This document shows, one piece after another, positions 20,604-30,089 of a DNA stretch of 64,000 bases; within the stretch, counting starts at the first letter, position 1; each line of letters starts with the position of its first letter. Made by a program: the position numbers and the translations under genes. Origin of the DNA: a virus; the IMG/VR virus record IMGVR_UViG_3300025425_000002. One strand, written 5' to 3'. The notes under the pieces were generated by a model. It saw only the letters and a list, made by a program, of their open reading frames with translations. It made no database searches and was not told where the DNA came from.

Positions 20604-21146
20604 ATGGCAACCTATAATGAAATAACAGCAGCAATAGAACTCGGGTGGGCTTACTACGTCGAGCAGTTAGAGGTTATTCGGTTGAAGCAGGTGGAGGGTT
20701 GCTTTGTTTGTACGTGCAGCGAGTTATCGTGCCTAGCAAGTGCGATACAGTCCTTAGAGTATGATGTGGAGGTTGAGAACAACTCACCCCTGACAACCAT
20801 TGCTTACAATCAGCTACTCTCTTTAATCGCAAACTTCACAGGTGCGTTCACCGCAGATCCGACTGTTCAAATTGCCGGGATAACAATACTAGACGGCAGC
20901 ACCGCTACGATTGCTCAGACAGCGGTTGTAACTCCTGGCGATGGGGTTTCGTCTTACGTATTCCCTGAACTGATAGGTAACGAAGCGCTATCTGTTTACA
21001 GAGGTACGGGTACTACGCTTAGAGCACATACTTCTGCGGCCACTGATGAGTTCGCACAAATTAACTATTCCACAGGCACAGTGACCGTGAACTATCCATT
21101 TGGGGTGGATGAAACGCTTTGGGTCAGCTATAAAATAACGACATGA
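20604..21146 (+). CDS. hypothetical virion protein (180 aa)
   Basis: ATG start. Its stop overlaps the fibre gene start (ATGA). Confidence 0.6.
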   Translation: MATYNEITAAIELGWAYYVEQLEVIRLKQVEGCFVCTCSELSCLASAIQSLEYDVEVENNSPLTTIAYNQLLSLIANFTGAFTADPTVQIAGITILDGSTATIAQTAVVTPGDGVSSYVFPELIGNEALSVYRGTGTTLRAHTSAATDEFAQINYSTGTVTVNYPFGVDETLWVSYKITT

Positions 21147-24100
21147 AAAGACTACTAACCTTATTACTTTTAATACCTGTGTTGTTATTCGGCCAACAGC
21201 CCAATAACACGAACACGAACTTCACGAACGGCTTAGGCTCAAGTAAGTTTTTCAACATCCCTCGTGGCACTACACCTCCTACGACGGGTATTTTATCAGG
21301 CTCTCTGTTCTACCACACGACAAATGGGCTGCAGTACTACGATGGCGCGACGTGGCAGACTTTAGGGGTCAGCGGGGGAAGCGTGACTTCTTTTAACGGA
21401 AGGTCTGGGGTTGTCGTTCCACTAATCGGTGACTATTCTGGGTTCTTTGCCCCTTTGACACGCACTTTAACAGTTAACAGTGTGGCCTACGATTTATCCG
21501 CTAATCGGTCATGGTCCGTAGGAACTGTCACTTCGGTAGCGGCGACCGCCGGAACGGGGATAAGCGTAAGCGGTTCTCCAATCACTACTAGCGGAACATT
21601 AACAGTTACTAATACCGCACCCGATCAAACAGTTGTACTTAATAACGGTTCAGGGATTGACGTGACAGGTACATATCCTAACTTCACCATCACTAACACC
21701 GGTTCGCCATCGAGCGGGACGGTTACAAGCGTATCGGGCAATTACCCTCTTTCAGTATCTAGCCCGACTACTACCCCCATCATAAGTATTCCTGACGGCA
21801 CGATTGCTAATGCGAAACTCACTAACAGCACAATTAGCGGTAAAGCATTGGGTACTGATTTGGCAACTTTAACTTTAGGAAATGGCCTGACAGGTGGTTC
21901 ATATAATGGTTCGGCCACAACTACGGCAAGAGCGGATACTTCGGTTGTTCAAACAGTAGATAATTTCTTCCCTAAAGGTGATACAAGGTATTTAAAAGGC
22001 GATGGTACAGCTAATTTTGTTCCTTATTATACTGCCGCAAGAACTTTAGCAGTAAGCCCAATTAAAGTGAACGAAGATAGTCTTACTGTTGGCAACACAG
22101 CAGGAACGGGCGGAACTTCGTTATACGGCAAAGTCTACCTGAAAAATGTATCACTTGGCTTGGTATCAGATAGTATTTTGGTAGTTCGTAATGGAAGGAT
22201 ATTTAAGGTGCTGAAAACTAACGGAACGGTCACTTCGGTTGCAGCCTTAACTTTAGGCACAAGTGGAACAGATTTATCTTCAACAGTAGCCACAGGCACA
22301 ACAACGCCAGTCATAACCCTAAATGTACCTACGTCTTCGGCAGCTAATAGAGGGGCTTTGAGTGCGGCAGATTGGACAACCTTTAATAATAAAACCTCAA
22401 ATACAGGAACAGTCACCTCTGTATCAGGAACATCCCCTATATCAGTTGCAACGGGTACAACTACGCCTGTTATAAGTATGACAGCTGCAAGTGCGGCAAA
22501 TGATGGCTATGTAACAACGGGAACGCAGACGATTGCAGGAGCAAAGACGTTTAATTCTACAATTGTCGGGAGCGTTAACGGCAATTCAGCAACAGTAACC
22601 ACCAATGCGAATCTAACTGGAGCGGTCACGTCAGTGGGCAACGCTACATCTTTAGGATCTTTCACATCTGCAAATCTTTCAACTGCATTAACAGATGAAA
22701 CAGGAACAGGAAATGCAGTTTTTTCAGTAAGCCCAGCTTTAACGGGAACGGTAACAGGAGCTGCCGCCAATTTCAGCGGAAATGTTGGCGTAGGAACGGC
22801 ATCACCATCAAGTAAGCTTACTGTTTCAGATACGGGAGGCACAACCTACGGAAGCTCCGACCAATTAAGAGTAACATCGGGAACATCAGGAAATCGATCC
22901 GAGATACATTTAACAGATGGAGTTACTTCGGATGGTTATGTTTCATTCTTACCATCCGCAACGGCAGCAACTAGATTTGTCGAGATTTCTGCAAATGGGT
23001 CAGGTGGTGGGATTAAGGTTTACGGGAATGGTAATTTAGATGTTGTTTCTTTAGCTGGATCTGGGGATGTTATTGCCTATTCAAACAATTCAGGAGTAGT
23101 TGGGAAAGCGGCAATCGGTTCTGGATTATCATTTTCAAGTGGCACATTATCAGCTACTGGTGGAGCGGCAGGCACTATAACAGGAAGCGGAACGGCTGGC
23201 AAAATTGCAAAATTCAATTCATCATCAGACATAGGCGATGCTTCAAGTTTAACAATATCAGGTAGTGATTTACAAGTTGCAGGGGTGGTTCAGGGCACAA
23301 CATTAACATCGACTGTTGCCACAGGAACAGCACCATTGACCGTCACATCGACAACACCCGTAACTAATCTTAGTATTGGAGGCAGTGCAGCCACTTTAAC
23401 GACTAATAGGGCGATTTGGGGGCAGAATTTCAACGGTTCATCAGCCGTAAGTGGAGCGATAATAGGAGCGACTACAATAGACGCTTCTTCGGATGTAACG
23501 GTAGGAGGGAGTCTTTTATTAGGCTCGACAACTCCTGCTGTTAATGGAACAGGAATTTTTAAGATTATCAAATCTAATAGTGCAACAAATTGGCAGATTT
23601 CTACTAATAACACTCTTTCAGGTGCTTTAGAGCTTACACCATCAACAGCAGAAGGAGGGAGCACTTTCACTACTCCAGTTATGTATTTAACACCGACAAG
23701 CATTGTTGCAAATCAAGCTATAACAGGGGCTTTAACGGGCAACGCTTCAACAGCAACGGCTTTGCAAACAGCACGTACAATTTCAGGAACTTCATTTGAC
23801 GGAACGGCAAATATTACCTTAAATAATTCAGGGATAACCAACGGGGCTGCATATATCACAAGTTCGGCACTTAGTGGATATGCACCCTTAGCTTCCCCAT
23901 CCTTGACAGGTACACCAACAGCACCAACTCAAACAGCGGGTGATAACAGTACTAAGATAGCTACAACGGCTTATGTGGATACCAAATTTGCAAGTACATC
24001 CAATAGACAGTTGAAAGATTGGTATGCAGACGCAAATAATGTGAGTACAACCTCAACGGATTTAATGACCTACACTGTGCCGGGTAACACCTTGGTGAAT

Positions 24101-24445
24101 AATGGGGATAAGCTTTCATTTAGATTTTCTGGAATATATGCCGCAAATGCAAACTCAAAAACACTTGAAATTAATTTTGCCGGCACTGCTTGGTCAAACT
24201 TCCCTTACGCTGTCTCTGGCGGAAGCTGGGTTATTTTCGGAACAATTATAAAAACAGGAGCAACAACTTACAGAATCAATATATCTGAGCAAAATGTTAA
24301 TACATCACGGGCGGCATCTTCTACGGCTGGAACGGTTACTAATTTCACAGGAACAAATGTTTTCAAACTTGCTGCAACAGGCGGAGCTTCATCTGATATA
24401 ACCGCACAAATGGGAACACTCGAATTTAAACCGGCAGCATTATAA
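21143..24445 (+). CDS. tail fibre / receptor-binding protein (1100 aa)
   Basis: Gly/Thr/Ser/Asn-rich. About four copies of a 40-aa unit starting GTVTSV. Contains GNASTATALQTARTISGTSFDGTANITL and DNSTKIATTAYVD, both typical of phage fibre proteins. Confidence 0.8.
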   Translation: MKRLLTLLLLIPVLLFGQQPNNTNTNFTNGLGSSKFFNIPRGTTPPTTGILSGSLFYHTTNGLQYYDGATWQTLGVSGGSVTSFNGRSGVVVPLIGDYSGFFAPLTRTLTVNSVAYDLSANRSWSVGTVTSVAATAGTGISVSGSPITTSGTLTVTNTAPDQTVVLNNGSGIDVTGTYPNFTITNTGSPSSGTVTSVSGNYPLSVSSPTTTPIISIPDGTIANAKLTNSTISGKALGTDLATLTLGNGLTGGSYNGSATTTARADTSVVQTVDNFFPKGDTRYLKGDGTANFVPYYTAARTLAVSPIKVNEDSLTVGNTAGTGGTSLYGKVYLKNVSLGLVSDSILVVRNGRIFKVLKTNGTVTSVAALTLGTSGTDLSSTVATGTTTPVITLNVPTSSAANRGALSAADWTTFNNKTSNTGTVTSVSGTSPISVATGTTTPVISMTAASAANDGYVTTGTQTIAGAKTFNSTIVGSVNGNSATVTTNANLTGAVTSVGNATSLGSFTSANLSTALTDETGTGNAVFSVSPALTGTVTGAAANFSGNVGVGTASPSSKLTVSDTGGTTYGSSDQLRVTSGTSGNRSEIHLTDGVTSDGYVSFLPSATAATRFVEISANGSGGGIKVYGNGNLDVVSLAGSGDVIAYSNNSGVVGKAAIGSGLSFSSGTLSATGGAAGTITGSGTAGKIAKFNSSSDIGDASSLTISGSDLQVAGVVQGTTLTSTVATGTAPLTVTSTTPVTNLSIGGSAATLTTNRAIWGQNFNGSSAVSGAIIGATTIDASSDVTVGGSLLLGSTTPAVNGTGIFKIIKSNSATNWQISTNNTLSGALELTPSTAEGGSTFTTPVMYLTPTSIVANQAITGALTGNASTATALQTARTISGTSFDGTANITLNNSGITNGAAYITSSALSGYAPLASPSLTGTPTAPTQTAGDNSTKIATTAYVDTKFASTSNRQLKDWYADANNVSTTSTDLMTYTVPGNTLVNNGDKLSFRFSGIYAANANSKTLEINFAGTAWSNFPYAVSGGSWVIFGTIIKTGATTYRINISEQNVNTSRAASSTAGTVTNFTGTNVFKLAATGGASSDITAQMGTLEFKPAAL

Positions 24446-24449
24446 AGAA

Positions 24450-24659
24450 ATGACACAAGAACAATTCAACACCGAAATCGAAGTAATCCAAAAACCTAGA
24501 ATAGCTGCTATTCCTTTTTTATGGGGAGTGCTTAAAGGGTGGGTGTTTAAGAATTGGGAATCTATATTAATATTACTTTTAAAGTTAGCTTTAAGTAAAT
24601 ATAAGGGCACTAAATTGGGTGCTTTAATTAGGCAAATTTTAAACGAATTACAAAAATGA
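24450..24659 (+). CDS. small membrane-associated protein, lysis cassette (69 aa)
   Basis: ATG 4 nt after the fibre stop. Hydrophobic core IPFLWGVLKGWVF..ILILLLKLAL. Confidence 0.55.
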   Translation: MTQEQFNTEIEVIQKPRIAAIPFLWGVLKGWVFKNWESILILLLKLALSKYKGTKLGALIRQILNELQK

Positions 24660-24943
24660 CACAAGCAACTAACTTTTTAGAATTCGGCAATCTTTTATTG
24701 ATTATTGGACTCCCTTTGCTGGCTGCCGTAATTGGACTTCTATCCTACCTACGTGGTCATTTTAATCATTTAGCTGAATCTCGTAAAGCAAAAGAGAGGG
24801 AGGCTAATGAAAATAGGGAGATGTATATTAAGATGGTTGTGCAGAGTACGATTGACGTGCAAATTAAAGAGATTCATGATATGATTTCAGAACTTGGGAA
24901 ACGTATAGATAAACTTTTTGCACTATTGAAGAATGGAAGATGA
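24656..24943 (+). CDS. N-terminal TM + coiled-coil protein (holin- or spanin-like)
   Basis: ATGA-coupled. LLLIIGLPLLAAVIGLLSYL TM helix followed by a charged helical tail. Confidence 0.55.
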   Translation: MTQATNFLEFGNLLLIIGLPLLAAVIGLLSYLRGHFNHLAESRKAKEREANENREMYIKMVVQSTIDVQIKEIHDMISELGKRIDKLFALLKNGR

Positions 24944-25082
24944 AATACTTAGAATGACGCAAAACATTGATAAATTGGCAGGTTATATTTTTGAACTGAA
25001 AAGCGAGAATGAAAGCCTGAAAAATGAAAATGAACGACTTAAAGAGGAAATTCAGATGTTATTAAATGAGATAAATAAATGA
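24933..25082 (+). CDS. 49-aa coiled-coil protein (below the ORF-track size cutoff)
   Basis: ATG overlaps the previous stop region. [49 protein letters not shown]. Its TGA overlaps the endolysin ATG at 25079. Confidence 0.45.
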   Translation: MEDEILRMTQNIDKLAGYIFELKSENESLKNENERLKEEIQMLLNEINK

Positions 25083-25558
25083 GGTACAAACGCCCGACAA
25101 CTGACAAAAGGAATTTAAAGTACGGAAAAGCTAATCCGCAAGGTCGTGGTTATTTGGTTTGGGTTGACCTGCCTTTTGCGATGCGCATATCTTGGGATAG
25201 GAAAAAGAAAACAAAGCGCATACAATGTCATAGATTAATAGCTACAAGGCTTGAAAATGTGCTGCTTGATATATTGGTTCACTACGGGTATGAACGTATT
25301 GTAGAGCTTGGTATTGACCTGTACGGTGGGTGTTTTAATTACAGAGAAATGCGAGGGGGGACTGAATTGAGTTCGCATAGCTATGGAACTGCAATTGATT
25401 TAGATCCTGACAGGAATTTGCTGCATGAAACAGCTAAAACGGCACGATTTGCAAGGCCTGAATACAAGCAGATGATTGATATTTTTTACAGTTACGGATT
25501 CATTAATTACGGAGTAGAGTTCAATTTTGATTGGATGCACTTCGAGGACAGATATTAA
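25079..25558 (+). CDS. endolysin, peptidase M15 family (L-Ala-D-Glu / D-Ala-D-Ala peptidase type)
   Basis: [14 protein letters not shown] (H-x6-D) and FDWMHFE zinc-ligand motifs. Flanked by small TM proteins. Confidence 0.8.
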   Translation: MRYKRPTTDKRNLKYGKANPQGRGYLVWVDLPFAMRISWDRKKKTKRIQCHRLIATRLENVLLDILVHYGYERIVELGIDLYGGCFNYREMRGGTELSSHSYGTAIDLDPDRNLLHETAKTARFARPEYKQMIDIFYSYGFINYGVEFNFDWMHFEDRY

Positions 25559-25571
25559 ATTAAAAAATAAT

Positions 25572-25799
25572 ATGACAAACAAAGTAATTTCAAAACAATT
25601 CTCTTTAAAGTCAAGGGATGTTTTCAGAGCGTTAATCATGGCAGTCTTAACACCTGCATTAGTAATAATTCAGCAATCGGTTGAGGCTGGAATTTTAGAA
25701 TTTAATTGGCAGGCTATCGCTATGGCTTCCGTAGCCGGTGGACTTGCTTATTTGGTTAAGAATTTCCTAGAACCTACAAAAACTATTGAAAAACTATAA
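25572..25799 (+). CDS. holin-like two-TM protein (75 aa from the first ATG)
   Basis: The track ORF starts at a TTG (25527). The first ATG is at 25572. Hydrophobic segments ALIMAVLTPALVII and AIAMASVAGGLAYLV. Confidence 0.55.
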   Translation: MTNKVISKQFSLKSRDVFRALIMAVLTPALVIIQQSVEAGILEFNWQAIAMASVAGGLAYLVKNFLEPTKTIEKL

Positions 25800-25882
25800 T
25801 GGAAGCGTACCAGATAACCTTGCTAGTGATGGCAGTCTGCATACTTGCAGGAATGGTGTATAAGATTTGGTTTGAGGATTAG
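25799..25882 (+). CDS. 27-aa single-TM peptide
   Basis: TAATG-coupled. MEAYQITLLVMAVCILAGMVYKIWFED. Last plus-strand ORF before the convergent terminator. Confidence 0.35.
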   Translation: MEAYQITLLVMAVCILAGMVYKIWFED

Positions 25883-25885
25883 TTA

Positions 25886-25916
25886 CCACAATACAGCAGA
25901 TTATGCCATATTGTGG
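25886..25916. terminator. hairpin at the convergence of the late (+) and early (-) blocks
   Basis: CCACAATA ... TATTGTGG 8-bp stem with a 15-nt loop. No clean U-tract, so terminator function is tentative. Confidence 0.4.
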
Positions 25917-25923
25917 AAGGTTT

Positions 25924-25944
25924 ATGGCCACAAGCGATTAGTTA
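25924..25944. repeat. 21-nt conserved element ATGGCCACAAGCGATTAGTTA (copy 1 of 3)
   Basis: Near-identical copies at 30060-30080 and (with a 2-nt gap) 30835-30853. Each lies at or just 3' of a minus-strand stop codon. Confidence 0.85.
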
Positions 25945-25952
25945 TAGGGCAT

Positions 25953-26360
25953 TTAAGAAACACGAAATACGATAGACTTTAAATACTCAATTTGTTGAAC
26001 CATACACGCTTCAACAGATGTTTTACACCCATCTTTATCAGGTATATTTTCAAATATATCTTCAATTTCTTTATCGAAAGCAAAAAGCCCAACAGTTGTA
26101 TCTTTATGATGCTCCAAATCTTTTACATATTTATTATAGCCAATATCTTTTAAATATTGTTCGTGTTCCTCTTTTGAATTTATACCTTCGGGCATACATT
26201 TTTTGCGCTCGTAATTATCCGACACTTCTTTAATAATATCGTCTATAATTTCATTGAACGGAGCATAAATAATATTTTCTCCTGTTGTACCTGTGCTCGA
26301 AGCTTCAGCGATTGTGCTACCTTCAAAAATTTCTAAAATTATCTTTTTTAAATCTTCCAT
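25953..26360 (-). CDS. hypothetical acidic protein (135 aa from the internal ATG; the track ORF extends to 26447)
   Basis: The long form adds an odd 29-aa N-terminus. MEDLKKIILEIF... looks like the natural start. The choice of start is uncertain. Confidence 0.5.
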   Translation of the reverse strand: MEDLKKIILEIFEGSTIAEASSTGTTGENIIYAPFNEIIDDIIKEVSDNYERKKCMPEGINSKEEHEQYLKDIGYNKYVKDLEHHKDTTVGLFAFDKEIEDIFENIPDKDGCKTSVEACMVQQIEYLKSIVFRVS

Positions 26361-26520
26361 TGTAATTAAAATAAACGCCCTATAAGATACGCTATAAAAA
26401 AGCAGGGGCTTGGTCTGTAATTGAAGCGGTGTGCATCTATTTGTCATTTGTGGTAGGCTGAAAGGGTGTGCATCTTAATCCCTGCCTTCTTATAGCGTCA
26501 GCCGTTATAAGCAATAAAAA

Positions 26521-26751
26521 TTACTGCTTTTGTGCTGTCGGATAGTCTGGTTCTCTGAATTGAAATCCTTTTGGTTTAATCAGAAAATCAGATTCATTGG
26601 TGAGCAAATGCCAGTCTCCGTCATCAATCTTCATTTCAAATCCCATATCTCTCATACAGATATGCAATTGTTTACCTTCTCGTGTTTCAAGTGTAATTGA
26701 GTTATACACTTCTTTTAAAATAATCTGATTTTCTTTAGTTTCTACTTTCAT
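26521..26751 (-). CDS. hypothetical protein (76 aa)
   Basis: ATG start in the minus-strand early array. Confidence 0.55.
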   Translation of the reverse strand: MKVETKENQIILKEVYNSITLETREGKQLHICMRDMGFEMKIDDGDWHLLTNESDFLIKPKGFQFREPDYPTAQKQ

Positions 26752-26863
26752 TTCCGTATTGATTAGATTTGGCAGTTGTGTTTCTGCCTGCCTCGAATTG
26801 GATTATTTGGGCGTTCAGGAATTGCGATCCTGCGAGTAGGATTAATAGGGTTAGGTCTTTCAT
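26735..26863 (-). CDS. possible 42-aa exported peptide
   Basis: TAATG-coupled to the upstream gene. MKDLTLLILLAGSQFLNAQ is signal-peptide-like. Below the track cutoff. Confidence 0.3.
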   Translation of the reverse strand: MKDLTLLILLAGSQFLNAQIIQFEAGRNTTAKSNQYGNESRN

Positions 26864-27282
26864 TATTTTATCTCCTTTGACATTAAAACATGAATGGTAT
26901 CTGGAATGTCTATTTTATTCCCATCGAGATATTTCACGTTGACCATAAGCGGAACAGGTGCATAAACAGAACTTGAGAATCCGCTAAGTTTTGGCGTTAT
27001 CTGATAATATTCAGACATCTCCCTGATAGAAAAACCCACCATGTATTTAACCGCAGATACTGTAATCTTACTCGGGGATTCAGCAAAAACGATAAATACA
27101 GGTATGGTATCTCTAAATGGTTTTGAATTATCGGGATAAAAATGAGATAATATCGTAGTACTATCAATTTTTAATGTTCCAGAAACTCCAGTACTAAAGA
27201 ATTTATTAGTCTGTAAAGTTCCGCTTTGCCCGTACCCTACCAAACTTGACAGGATTAGTATTGTTGTTATTAGTGTTTTCAT
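26863..27282 (-). CDS. exported protein (139 aa) with signal peptide
   Basis: MKTLITTILILSSLVGYGQ signal peptide followed by a beta-rich body. Confidence 0.6.
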   Translation of the reverse strand: MKTLITTILILSSLVGYGQSGTLQTNKFFSTGVSGTLKIDSTTILSHFYPDNSKPFRDTIPVFIVFAESPSKITVSAVKYMVGFSIREMSEYYQITPKLSGFSSSVYAPVPLMVNVKYLDGNKIDIPDTIHVLMSKEIK

Positions 27283-27302
27283 GGGTTATCCGTTAGTAAA
27301 TA

Positions 27303-27530
27303 TCAATCCTCCTCCTGAACCTCTCCAGTCCCTCCGCACTCTTCACACCAATCATATACCCGGGTGAAAATATCTCCACAAGTCAGGCACTTGTCTGATT
27401 CTGTTTCGCTCATGTCGTCACCACAACAGGACAGGAAAATTGCGCCTGTCCCATCGCATTCGGGGCAATCTTCTGCAACATGGTCAAACTGTTTGCCGTG
27501 TTCGATGTGGTCGTGTGTTTCTTGGGTCAT
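27303..27530 (-). CDS. zinc-finger protein with two CxxCxGxG motifs (DnaJ cysteine-rich-domain type)
   Basis: CPECDGTG ... CLTCGD ... CEECGGTG, with acidic termini. Confidence 0.6.
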   Translation of the reverse strand: MTQETHDHIEHGKQFDHVAEDCPECDGTGAIFLSCCGDDMSETESDKCLTCGDIFTRVYDWCEECGGTGEVQEED

Positions 27531-27532
27531 GC

Positions 27533-27850
27533 TTATTTACCTCCTTTAATTTTCTTAATCAAACCTAAAACTCTTTTCTGATCGTCAGCGTCCATACCAA
27601 CTACGTTGTATAGGATATCCATGCGAGCCTCTATATAGGGTTGCAGATGCGGCATTATCTTGCCTAAATCCCTGTGCAGCATATTGATGTTTTGAGTACA
27701 CAACTTAACCGTGCTCTCCATCTTATTACGCTTGTAGTTATCGGTACACATCGTAGTCAGTCCTTCAGCGTATTGCTTCAGTACGTCCGATGCGATTAGC
27801 ACGCTTACCGCGTAGCTAAACTCTATCTCTTCTTTGGTTGGTTTATTCAT
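27533..27850 (-). CDS. hypothetical helical protein (105 aa)
   Basis: ATG start, 2-nt spacer to the downstream gene. Confidence 0.55.
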   Translation of the reverse strand: MNKPTKEEIEFSYAVSVLIASDVLKQYAEGLTTMCTDNYKRNKMESTVKLCTQNINMLHRDLGKIMPHLQPYIEARMDILYNVVGMDADDQKRVLGLIKKIKGGK

Positions 27851-27998
27851 GTATATTTTTAATAATGTTGGATAGGTCTAAGTTTATTTCTATTAATGTT
27901 AATATTTTATCCGTGGAAGTCGTATCTCCTTTTACGTGTGCCGCCATCTGCATAGCTATTAATCGGGCTGCATATTTTTTGTCTTTTGGGCTTAGCAT
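27843..27998 (-). CDS. possible 51-aa protein
   Basis: ATG near 27998 (MLSPKDKKYAARLIAMQMAAHVKG...). Its 3' end overlaps the next start by 8 nt. Below the track cutoff. Confidence 0.35.
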   Translation of the reverse strand: MLSPKDKKYAARLIAMQMAAHVKGDTTSTDKILTLIEINLDLSNIIKNIHE

Positions 27999-28078
27999 AT
28001 TTTTTACATTAAATCAAAATTATTTTCCATACCTCAAACCTAACTAAATTATTTGATATTATCTAATATTATTTTAAA

Positions 28079-29461
28079 TTATCCCCAAAGCCAGTCATCT
28101 TTTTCTCTTCGGAACGCTTCGGCTTCTTCTTTGAACGCTTTAAGGGCAGCTATTAGCACGTCTTGTGTCATTGTTTTATCTACCAGACGGGCGGCCACCG
28201 TTTCTTCGATCGTGCCCTGCGTAATCAGGTGTGTGTTAACAACCGACTCTGGTTGCCCTTGTCGGTCTAACCTTGCTACGGCCTGTTGGTATAGTTCTAG
28301 TGAGTTAGGTAAACCAAACCAGATGATGTGCCAACCTCCGAACTGTAAGTTCAATCCGTGCCCAGTCGATTTGGGGTGTGCCAGTAGCACCTCAATCTCT
28401 CCGCTATTCCAACGGTCGATTTCCGCTGAGCCTTCCAGCTTCACTACGTTCTTAATCCTTTGTTTGATCCGCTCGATGTCACTAATGAAGCAGTAGAATA
28501 CAATCACAGGCGCACCGTTTAGGCTCTCTATCATTTCCTCCAATGCGTCTAACTTCGCATCGTGTACAACGTGGTAATTATGGTCTGCATCATAAACGGC
28601 ACCGTTACAGAACTGTAATAACTTAGTATAAAGAGCCCCAGCATTGACTGCCGTAATCTCACCTTCCGTGAGTTGTAAGACTGCGTCTCGTTTGAACGCA
28701 TCGTACTCATCCATGTTAGGGAGGTTTATTTTATGGGTCACGTCGATAACAGGTTTCAAGTCCAGCCAGTCCTCTTTACGCATCGAGATGCAGATGTCGC
28801 TTATTTTAGCTTGGATGGACTCCTGCGCTCCTGGTCTTGGTACGTACCGCCTCGTATAATCGTTCTTGACAAAATATCTGTTGCGGAAACCTTCCATTGT
28901 CGTGCCTAGCCTTTCCCCTTGGTCAAGTAGGTACATGGGCGCCCACAGGTCGAGCAGCCCATTCGGGGCAGGTGTTCCGGTCAGGTGAATCATGCGCTTA
29001 ATCTTCTTATGCTTCAGCACCGATTTCATTTTCTTGAAGCGGAGCGAGTCGTGCGACTTGAACGATGTCGATTCATCCAGAACCACCATGTCGAATGGCC
29101 AGAACTCTCCGCATAGATTAACGAGCCAAGCGATATTGTCTCTGGAAATTATCCATATATCTGCCTCTGCGGTGAGTGCCTTCTTTCTCTGCGCTGCGCT
29201 GCCTATTACTTTGGAGATTTTGAGATGGGAGACGTGTTCCCATTCCGAAATTTCATCGCTCCAAGTCTTCTCGGCTACCAAACGGGGGGCTATGATTAGA
29301 GGTTTGCTGATTTCGCACCAGTCTAATAAGTCATTAATTACGGTCAGTGTAGAAATTGTTTTCCCTAAACCCATACTCAGCAGCAACTGACAGAAAGGTG
29401 TATTGTGGGCGAAAGTAATAACTCGCTCTTGGTATAGGTGGAAATTATCTCTTGTTTTCAT
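28079..29461 (-). CDS. SNF2-family (Rad54-like) helicase/ATPase
   Basis: MGLGKT Walker A, VVLDESTSFK (DExx box), HLTGTPAPNG, and the C-terminal helicase lobe motif ARLDRQGQ. Confidence 0.85.
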   Translation of the reverse strand: MKTRDNFHLYQERVITFAHNTPFCQLLLSMGLGKTISTLTVINDLLDWCEISKPLIIAPRLVAEKTWSDEISEWEHVSHLKISKVIGSAAQRKKALTAEADIWIISRDNIAWLVNLCGEFWPFDMVVLDESTSFKSHDSLRFKKMKSVLKHKKIKRMIHLTGTPAPNGLLDLWAPMYLLDQGERLGTTMEGFRNRYFVKNDYTRRYVPRPGAQESIQAKISDICISMRKEDWLDLKPVIDVTHKINLPNMDEYDAFKRDAVLQLTEGEITAVNAGALYTKLLQFCNGAVYDADHNYHVVHDAKLDALEEMIESLNGAPVIVFYCFISDIERIKQRIKNVVKLEGSAEIDRWNSGEIEVLLAHPKSTGHGLNLQFGGWHIIWFGLPNSLELYQQAVARLDRQGQPESVVNTHLITQGTIEETVAARLVDKTMTQDVLIAALKAFKEEAEAFRREKDDWLWG

Positions 29462-29952
29462 CTGTTGAAAAGGATGTTAAATATACTTACGAATTTATCT
29501 TTTGCGAGTGCAGGTTCCCAACACCACACAGTATCGTTCCTCAACATCAATGTGTCCCATTCAAACTCCAACAGGACTTTATCTGCGGCTTTAGTCTCCT
29601 CACTCAGAATAGGATCGAACCCAAACTTATCTGCAATTACCCGTAGTAAATTATCTTCTATTTCTTTGTACCCCGTGAGTCTTTTCTTGATCGGGCTCGG
29701 AATATCGAGCAGATAGGCCTCTGCCGAATCGTGCATAAGGGCTTGTAAGGTTCGGCTCATATCTGCTACATTAACACTGTGCTGAGCCACCGAGTAAAAC
29801 TTTGGCAGGTGCCCCCCGAATCTACACTGCATCGACAAAGCATGCGCAATGTCCTCTATGCAAATCATTTCTGGTGTGGGGTCAAATACGTTCATGTAAA
29901 GCCCTGTAAATGTCCGAATGCAATTCGGTTCGTATAAGTTTTCTTTTTTCAT
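29458..29952 (-). CDS. HD-domain phosphohydrolase
   Basis: SVAQHS ... LMHDSAEAYLLDIPSP (H...HD...D pattern). ATGA-coupled to the SNF2 gene. Confidence 0.7.
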   Translation of the reverse strand: MKKENLYEPNCIRTFTGLYMNVFDPTPEMICIEDIAHALSMQCRFGGHLPKFYSVAQHSVNVADMSRTLQALMHDSAEAYLLDIPSPIKKRLTGYKEIEDNLLRVIADKFGFDPILSEETKAADKVLLEFEWDTLMLRNDTVWCWEPALAKDKFVSIFNILFNR

Positions 29953-30018
29953 AAGTAGCCTAATAATTTAAGTTTATCGTTAATTAACCGCACCAGCAGG
30001 TAAGAATTGTTATCATTT

Positions 30019-30080
30019 ATGGCCACAAGCTAACATTATTGGTTCGCTTGTGGCAGGTTATGGCTACAAGCGATTAGTTA
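30019..30080. repeat. hairpin (GCCACAAGC/GCTTGTGGC) + 21-nt element (copy 2)
   Basis: ATGGCCACAAGC..(15-nt loop)..GCTTGTGGCAGGTTATGGCTACAAGCGATTAGTTA. Same hairpin-then-element layout as 25886-25944. Confidence 0.85.
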
Positions 30081-30089
30081 GGCGTAATG

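Noticed and set aside
28053-29716. Plus-strand ORFs 28053..28496, 28644..28859, 28992..29390, 29438..29716 and 29452..29646
   Set aside because: They are antisense to the motif-bearing SNF2 helicase and HD hydrolase genes.
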